Shown: piece by piece, positions 1 to 64,000 of the stretch
Numbering within the stretch: the stretch's first letter is position 1
Layout: each line of letters opens with the position of its first letter
DNA from: Octopus vulgaris
Taxonomy: Eukaryota
Assembly: GCA_951406725.2 (NCBI GenBank)
Contig: OX597820.1
Coordinates: forward strand, 37,634,001-37,698,000
Length of the DNA: 64,000 nt
Reading direction: 5' to 3'
Program-made: the position numbers and the translations under genes
The notes under the pieces: model-generated
What the model saw: the letters and a program-made list of their open reading frames with translations, nothing else
What the model was told of the DNA's origin: nothing
Database searches by the model: none

Positions 1-1852
1 ATGTTAGGGGTGTCATTCAACACACACATCTACACATACATAAACATGTGTGCCGTCTAACGTGTGAATAAATGTGTCTCTCTATTACTATATAGTATTA
101 CACCCCATATATGACTGTCAATATGTAATTTTTTTCATATCTATTAATACAATGTAACATTTCATAGGCATAATCTTTCTATAGTTAACTATAGTACAGG
201 GACATTTTATATGAGTGTGTGTGTCTGTGTATTTGTGCATTTGATACGTACGAGATAGTAAAGGACATTTTATACCATGACAACGATGTCACATTTTGTA
301 TATGGGTGGTGTTTATGTAAGAAATCATTTTTAGCAGATTCGCAGAATCATTAGAGCATTAGTTAAAATGCTTTGCAGTTTTTAGTTATGGCTCTTTATG
401 TTCTAAGTTCAAATCCTGCTGCGGTCAACTTTTCTTTTTATTCTTCTAGGGTTGGTGTAATAAAGTACCAATCAAGTTCTGATATCAATAAATTTGACTA
501 TTCATTTCCTCAAATTTATAGTTTTGCAAGAAATATTAATGCTAATTATTATAACAAGTGTATGCAGTGTTTTAAAACTGTTCTAAATGCCCTCATTCAG
601 TGTTTGAAAATTGCTGAGTTGTAAAGTTATGTTGAGCAACTGTTGTCACGTGCAGGAGTGATCCACTTATTGACCGACCATCATGTGGGTTGTTTCGCTG
701 CCTTCCTTTGGCAGGGATGGGTAACCAGTTTTCCTCTATTTGATGGCTACAATGAAAGTGGTTGTATTATAGATAAGATTGAAAAGACTGAGGACAGACA
801 GATACTTCATTGGCTAAATTCTCACCAACTTGAAAAATTGATGAGTGTTCCATTCACTGAGGATGGTGCAGGTGAATAGGGAGGTGTTGCCCTCCATTAA
901 ATTTACTGAAAGATGAGTGAGAGTGGTAAGCACAGTCTGATTGAATGGGACTCATCTCAACATATATGTGTGTGCAGGAAAACACAGCTGGGACAGGGCA
1001 CTTGCCCTTGGTTAGGGTAATCTCAGATCTATGGATTTTCTTGATTGGTACCAGGTGATTGTCATTCTATCAGGATATCTCAGTTCATTCATTTTGAGCA
1101 CTGATATTTTTCATGCTTGTATTTTCATAATCGATTCTGTATAAATCTTCACCGATTTTTTTGTTAATTTGTTTTAGTAGTGTCCACTCATCTATTACTT
1201 TGTGTCAAATAAAGATATTGTTATAACTTATCTTCTCCATTTGTAAGATGGCAGGTTGGCAGAATTGTTAGCATCTCAGACAAGATTCTTAGTAGCATTT
1301 CTTTTGACTCTTTACATTCTGTGTTCAAATTCTGCAGAGGTTTACTTTTCTTTTCATCCTTTTGGGGGTTGATAAAATAAGTACCAGTTGAACTCGGGAT
1401 TAATGTATTTGATTTATTCCTCCCGTAAAGTTGTTGGCTTTGTGCCAAAATTTAAAACAAATTTAGCTGTAAGTTCATTTATCAACCCTGAAAGGATTAA
1501 GAGCAAAGGTGACTTAGGAATTTGGATTCAGAACATAGGGCTAGAAGATATGCTGCTATGAATTTTGTCAGACTCGCAAATAATTCTTCCAGCTCACCGT
1601 CATTATTTTCTCCACTTAGAGCTTTATCATTATATAGAAGGTGAAGATAGTGCTGAGAACTTCTTACCTGTAAAGGAAAAAAAAAAACCTTCAACATTCC
1701 TGCTATTGAGAAGATGAATTTCATCTTCCTGAATATCCAACAAAATAATAATGATAAAAAAATTATATCATAAAATCATTTTGAAATTCTGTATTGCCTT
1801 CTTATCTTTGTGTTATGAAATTTAAATATAACTTTTTTTTTTTCTAGCAGAC

Positions 1853-57742
<55,890 letters not shown>

Positions 57743-59248
57743 GTTTGTATTATCGATTATTCCTTTATGATGTTTTATAACAAATTAGTTTTTTTGTCAT
57801 AGGAACTGCTTCATTTCATGTTATTACTGTTGTTTAGTTTCAGACCAGTCATGGCAGAGTAAAGCTGCGATTGAAGATATTGTAGTTGTAACCATCCCAT
57901 ATTCTTTTTAAAGGTAGTTGCATATAATTTGAGGGAAATTTGGTTGCTGTTTCTAGGAGGTTGTGTGACTCATTTGTTTAATTTCATTTTGTATGTTAGA
58001 ATATATGTGAAAAATTTCTGTGTGGTCTGGAATTATATATTTTTTTTGTAGGACATGATGTTCTCCTCTAAGTAGAAATTACTTGGTTGTAACATCAGTG
58101 TATATCTTTAAGTGAGATGGAGTGAGGTTAGTAGTTTGCTTTTCCTTAGGTTGTATTTTTAATATGTTAATTTAGAAAACAAAGGTTGGGTCCCTGTGAC
58201 TTTCGTAAGCCAGTCCTAAACTGGTAAGATTGATGTGACTGATACCCAATCTGAACATCTTCAAGAGAAACTTGGAAGAAAGAACTTGAAATCTAGACTA
58301 AATACTTGTAACAGTGTGTACTCCACTAAAGGTACCTAAGAATCAGGTGATGGTGGTGTTAACCTGAGCTACATATTAAGACTACCTACTACCAATCTGC
58401 AGCAACAGATGAAACTTGCAGAAAAGCTTTCGTTGGTTTTGAGGTGTTTTATTTAAAGAGCACAACACTACTCATTTTAAGATTGAAACATATATTAACA
58501 CTTTATCTCTTCAGAAACAAGGAACAACACTGTAAAAGATACTGAAGATTGAAAAACAATCATAACAGAGAATATTTAATGTCTCAAGATGATTTTCACT
58601 TTCAAAACATTATTACAAGAAGTATGTTTTACAATGACTTGGTTCTAGGTTTCATATCAACTATGTAACACATTAGGAAAATATCTTCTACTGTAGCCTT
58701 GCATTGCCCTTGTAAATGGAAATTGGTAGAAGAAACTGTGTAGAACTGGTGTAAATATTAAAACATTTTAATTATTTCTAAATATGAGGTTAATAGTCTG
58801 AAAAATTATTATTACTAGAGTTTTGTAGTTTGATACTGTGATGATTAAAGGTCAAGGATATAAGGTAAAGGAAGGAAAACTTAATTAGGGAGCAGTTCAG
58901 CTAAATCTGTGAATATCAAGTTTCAAGAATGATATGCATCTGGATTGTAACATTCATTATCAATTAACATCTGTTTCCCATGCTGGTATGGCTTGGATGG
59001 TTTGATGGGATTCAACAATAGGGCTGTGCTGTGCTCCCATGTCAGCTTTGGCATATTTTCTTCAGTTGGATGCCCTTTCTAATACCAACCACTGACCAGT
59101 GTGTACTGGGTGCCTTTTTTTGTGCTACTGGCACTAGTGAGGTTGCCAAGTAAATTGCAAGAAAACCAGTAATAATAGATAATAAAATAATAAAGATTTT
59201 GTGTCATGTTAACATAAATCTATGCCTGTGCTGTCTGCTGATATACAT

Positions 59249-59285
<37 letters not shown>

Positions 59286-61126
59286 GAACTATCAGATAAA
59301 ACAGAACCCAAAGAGACTGGTAGTGCTCTTTGTCAGGAAGACGAGTATTATTTGGAATGAGTTCAGTGTGTATGCATGTGCATATATTCATTGATGTATA
59401 TTGGTGAAGGATATAAACATAAGCAAGAGTGGGGTGGAATGGTGTTCTTTGATCATGGTTCTTGTGTTACAAATGTTCCTTTATCCACACTCCATGAGAA
59501 AAGCAATGAACCAGTGATTGGCTTACTGGAAACCAATCATGTTGTTGCTTACCAATTGTGATATAAAATAGATAATCATGACACTAAGTAAGTAGATCCC
59601 AAACTTCGTAAGAAAACTCCTTTCAATTTGGATATCCCACTACTTACAATCTCAGGATTTAGGGGTTGCTAGTATCTAGCTATGGACACTTTATTCAAAA
59701 CTTTAAATCAAAGACTATATCTGAAACACCATTAAATATATCAACAGAGATATGTGTATGTGTACACACACACATAGACAAATAGATATTAAATATATTA
59801 TGGGGATGATGTGAGCTGGAAATGTCAGAGATCAAGATATTCAAATTGTTGCTGTATGGCAATCCCAGCTGTCATTGAAATATTGATGGAAAAATAAAAA
59901 CTGATGAGGATTATTGATAATATCAGTGTTATCATTGATTAATTTACATAAAGACACTATGTTCTGATCTATTTATAAATAATATTTTGTTTATTTTCAT
60001 TTAGAGGCTTAGAGGTATTACTCTTATTACATATTGTGACCTGAAAGAGTTCTCACTGAGTTTGAGCTAAGTGCTTCAGTGTTTTTTGTTTGATTAAAAT
60101 CAAATTCCCCAGTCAGATTTAGGGTTTGTTCTCATACTATTGAAAGTTTACCATTGCATTCTATATGTTGAACCAAACAAATCTAGTTGGCAGGCTCTCA
60201 AACACTGCTGATGGTAGTTCATTTACTAGCTTATAGTAAAATAAAATTTGGTTTTTGTTTGTTTTGTACCCTGTTTATGCTCTGCGCATTACTTAAGCTT
60301 TCAATCCCTTGTTGGCTATTGTCTTTCACTAATGCATCTTTTGTCTGATGAATTTTTATTTATGTGTTAATTATCCTTGGATTGTCAGTCTAAGTCATTT
60401 TGTTATTGGTGATTGGCCCCTTCTCATTAAGCTTTTCATTCATTCATTGATTTCTGTGAAAAACTCCTCTAGCCAAGTCATTGTACTGTTTCCCACCAGT
60501 CTAAACCAAAGACTTTGGCCATTAGACTTAGTTTACTGCATTTTCTCCCTTTCTTTCAGATGAAGTTATTTTGTTGGTTAAATACCGCTAGAGCAAAATT
60601 AGAAGAATATTGATATAGATATTGAATATATAATGGTTTGATGTAGAGTTGTTGGTGTGCAGGGATAGAAATCTTAGGAAAATATACTAGATTAGATGTA
60701 TTTTACCTGTCTTTACTTTTTATCTTCTTTCATTTTCTTGTTAGCAAGTAAGTATAAAATATAAGCATCTTTGTATCATATTTATAATGGATATAAAATA
60801 CATATTATATGTTTATTTTAGCACACTGTAAGTTATTTGGTGACTCTGTTGGTACCATGTAAAAAGCATCCAGTCCACTCTATTAAGTGGTTGACATTTG
60901 GAAGGGCATCTAGCTGTAAAAACCATGCCAAAACTGACCTCACTTATGGTGGTGCCATGTTAAAAGCACTCAGTCCACTCTTAGGGATAGTTGGTGTTAG
61001 GAAGGGTATCCAACTGTGAAAACCATGCCAAAACAGACACAGCAGCCTGGTGTAGTCTTCTACCTAGTTGGCTCCTGTCAAACTGTCCAATCCATGCCAG
61101 CATGGATGATGGACATTAAATGATGA

Positions 61127-61164
<38 letters not shown>

Positions 61165-61291
61165 TACTGGTGCCACATGAAAAACATCCAGTACTCATTT
61201 AGTGAGAGATAGAAACCATTAATAGCTCATATTTAAAAACTGTGTATATTAATTTATATATGTGTGTGTGTGTGTATATATATGATGATGA

Positions 61292-61357
<66 letters not shown>

Positions 61358-63039
61358 TTATACACACACACATCTGCATTGCATATTATATGTATTGAGG
61401 CTAATAATTATTTTTTCACAAGTACTTTGAAGTTAATGATGGATGTAGTATTGTGTAATAGTAGAGAAATCCCTTTGTTTAGAAAATTAGATCTTTAGTT
61501 TCCCTCGGTCCATGATTCTAGCAACAACATTTGAAATATAGTTAGGTTTTGTAAAGTAAACAGGCAACTATAGATAAATCAAAGAAAATTAAACTTTTAC
61601 TACTTAACGAAGTAACATAAGGATTTATCAGTATAATTGTAATCAAAAATATTTTGGGAGAAACTCAGCACATAAATGCTGTTCTTACATGTAGCTACCA
61701 GCAAGTACTATCTGTGATGTGCTGTGATATCAGCTCATTAACCAAGAAGTCAACGACTACTAGTATTTCACCTCTATATTTCATGATTTCCACATTCCTA
61801 TCTACTTTATCAAGAAATCCAGACAAACACAAAATATGCCAACTGACCAAAATAACTGTAATATTTATTGTTTCACTAGCTCCAAGCTCAATATTTCATT
61901 GCCAAAATATCTAAGATATTCCTAATAATCAACTGGATCTAAAGCTGAACTTTTGATCATATATAGACACATAAGATAGAAAAAAAAAACAGAAACAACA
62001 ACCAATCTTGATTAACACATTTGTATTTCTTTTTAATTGATTTGTTGAGATAGGAGGGGTAGCACTCATGATCTTTAAAGGAATGCTTCTTTCATGCTAG
62101 TGAAAGCAAATGTAGTTATGTTCAGTTTGAATTTCTGTATGTCAACATCCATAAGAAACATGTAACAAATTCTAGATCATTGTAGCAGTGGGCATAAATA
62201 ATTCAGTAAAGTGTTTCTTAAGTCTAGGATAGTGAGACAATAGGATGATTTAAGATGGAGAGACATATGTGTCGTGTTGGCTTCAATGGAGATGCAATGG
62301 AGGTTAGTTCAGAAGTTGCTGCAGTAGTAGAAGTAGAAATAGGAGAGAGTTGGGAAGCAACATCACATCTATGAGTCAATGATTATGTGTTGATGAGCGA
62401 GTCTTTGTTAATCAGTTGATTAGCAATGTTTGGGATTGTGATGTAACATATTTCCACATGTAACAATGGTAGCAGTTCAGATTTGTAATACTCCACTTTT
62501 GCTAGAAGTCAGCAACTTGTATAGCTTAATTTATTTCCTGCTCTTGAAATAGAAGACTGCTTTTTGGGATGCAGTTTTATCATGAGATATTATGAGGTCT
62601 GACTGGTATAGCCACTTTGATGATTCTGTGTGCTGCTCATGCATAGGAGGGATGTAACAAAAAGTTTTTTATTTGCTTTACTGTGGTATGATAGATGCAT
62701 GATGTAGTGTGAACTGTGAGCTCATATAAGACTAAAACATGGTATATCAAGGGAGCTATGCATATTGGATACTCTAAAAAATTCAACTGAGTAATTTCAT
62801 GTGATACAGAGATGCTTAAGCAGAACTGACCACTGCTTTTAGTCTGTTAGAATGCTTCATTCAGTTGGTAGAAATTCAGCCACTAATGTATTTCACAGGT
62901 TTAGATATTTACTTGCATCAAGTATGTTTTCTCAAAATCTTCATGACCGTAAATGACTAAATGAACTTTATACTTGAAACAAACATTTGTTGTTTTTCTT
63001 TTGATGTAGTAGCATATTAACAGAGTAGACCAAAAGTGT

Positions 63040-63432
63040 ATTCTCACTGACCACCTATTGCAATAGCTGGGATATTAACTGACATAACAAAGACATTAAC
63101 TGACCAGCTCTAGTAATACTAAGGACACTGCATGACCCAGTCAGGACACTCACTGACCAATTCTCGTCATAACAAAACCATTCACTGACAAATGCTAGCA
63201 ATAGCAAAAGGACACTCAGTGGCCGATTCTAGCTATCGCAAAGACACTGGTCAACAGTAGCAATGACCAACATGTGCTCTGAGTATCTCTAGAAATTTCA
63301 TGGCCATTCACTGAGCCATGTTAGCAATAGCAAGGACATTTTCACTGACCAAGTCTAGTAATTGGGAGGACATTCCCTGATAATTTTAATAATGATATTC
63401 TTATGACCAATTCTAGCATTTTCACTGACCGG
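63040..63432. repeat. Degenerate minisatellite, unit about 31 bp
   Basis: Roughly a dozen units resembling GGACATTCACTGACCAATTCTAGCAATAGCAA. Confidence 0.8.
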
Positions 63433-63481
63433 GTAGCCATATTTATCATAAATACATATATTAACCAGTATCAGCATCAAG

Positions 63482-63760
63482 CAGTGTTCTGGTAAAAAGC
63501 GAACTTTAGGTTAGTTAAAATATGCTTGTGACATATTTCAACTTCTAAAGGCAAACTCATAACAGTTACTGTGGAGTAAAAAATTCTCTCTTATGGTAAA
63601 AAGGTGTAGAAACACCATATCTGTCTAGTGTTGCTCACTGGTGTTTTTATGCCTTTTTACCATAAGAGAGAAGTTTTTATTTCTCTATGGTAACTGCAGT
63701 GTATTTGCCTTTAGAAGTAGAAATGCATCACAAACATATTTTAACTAACCTAAAGTTTGC
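63482..63760. mobile_element. Foldback MITE (hAT-like CAGTGTTCT start), right end interrupted by an RTE tail
   Basis: Arms of about 120 bp (gcgaactttaggttagttaaaatatg / catattttaactaacctaaagtttgc), about 20-nt loop. Confidence 0.75.
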
Positions 63761-64000
63761 ATCATCATCATCATTTAGCATCTGTTGTCCATGCTGGTAT
63801 AGGTTGGGCAGTTTGACAAGGGCTGGCTAGCTGGAAGGCTGCAGCAAACTCCAGTCTGGTTTGGCATGGTTTCTACAGCTGGATGCCCTTTCTAATACCA
63901 ACCACTCTGAGAATGTAATGGGTGTTTTTACATGCCACCAGCATGGGTGCCATTTGCACAGCACCATTCTGTCACTACTGTGATTTTACTTGGCTTGATA

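Noticed and set aside
62180-62960. Possible old LINE RT remnant; similar faint traces near 4560-5050, 16520-16850 and 56690-56900
   Set aside because: Too degraded to support a family call by eye
63040-63432. CRISPR-like appearance of spaced repeats
   Set aside because: Degenerate tandem units without unique spacers; eukaryotic intron; no cas genes
57743-64000. Further PP2C exon (expected A.PDV...F..LACDG)
   Set aside because: No matching reading frame found; the acceptor-like site near 60004 does not give PP2C sequence

Overview
AT-rich, microsatellite- and transposon-dense animal genomic DNA. The SINE/LINE repertoire looks like Octopus (coleoid cephalopod); this is from recognition, not a database search. 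The whole window is the 5' part of one + strand gene for a PP2C/PPM-family Ser/Thr phosphatase (Ptc2/Ptc3-like, T23F11.1/ppm-2 type). Seven small coding exons (1853-1955, 11134-11217, 23097-23162, 34536-34601, 39212-39285, 44258-44399, 57659-57742; 619 nt, about 206 aa) splice in frame. The gene continues past the right edge, and a 5' UTR exon presumably lies upstream. The first coding intron (1956-11133, 9.2 kb) is a textbook U12-type (minor spliceosome) GT-AG intron. The introns hold a decayed near-full-length RTE LINE, R4/Dong and Tx1/L1 fragments, Tc1/mariner, hAT and piggyBac-type MITEs, several tRNA-derived SINE families, three long foldbacks and a Penelope-type hammerhead ribozyme-like motif. 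Almost all ORFs in the supplied track are spurious or transposon remnants.
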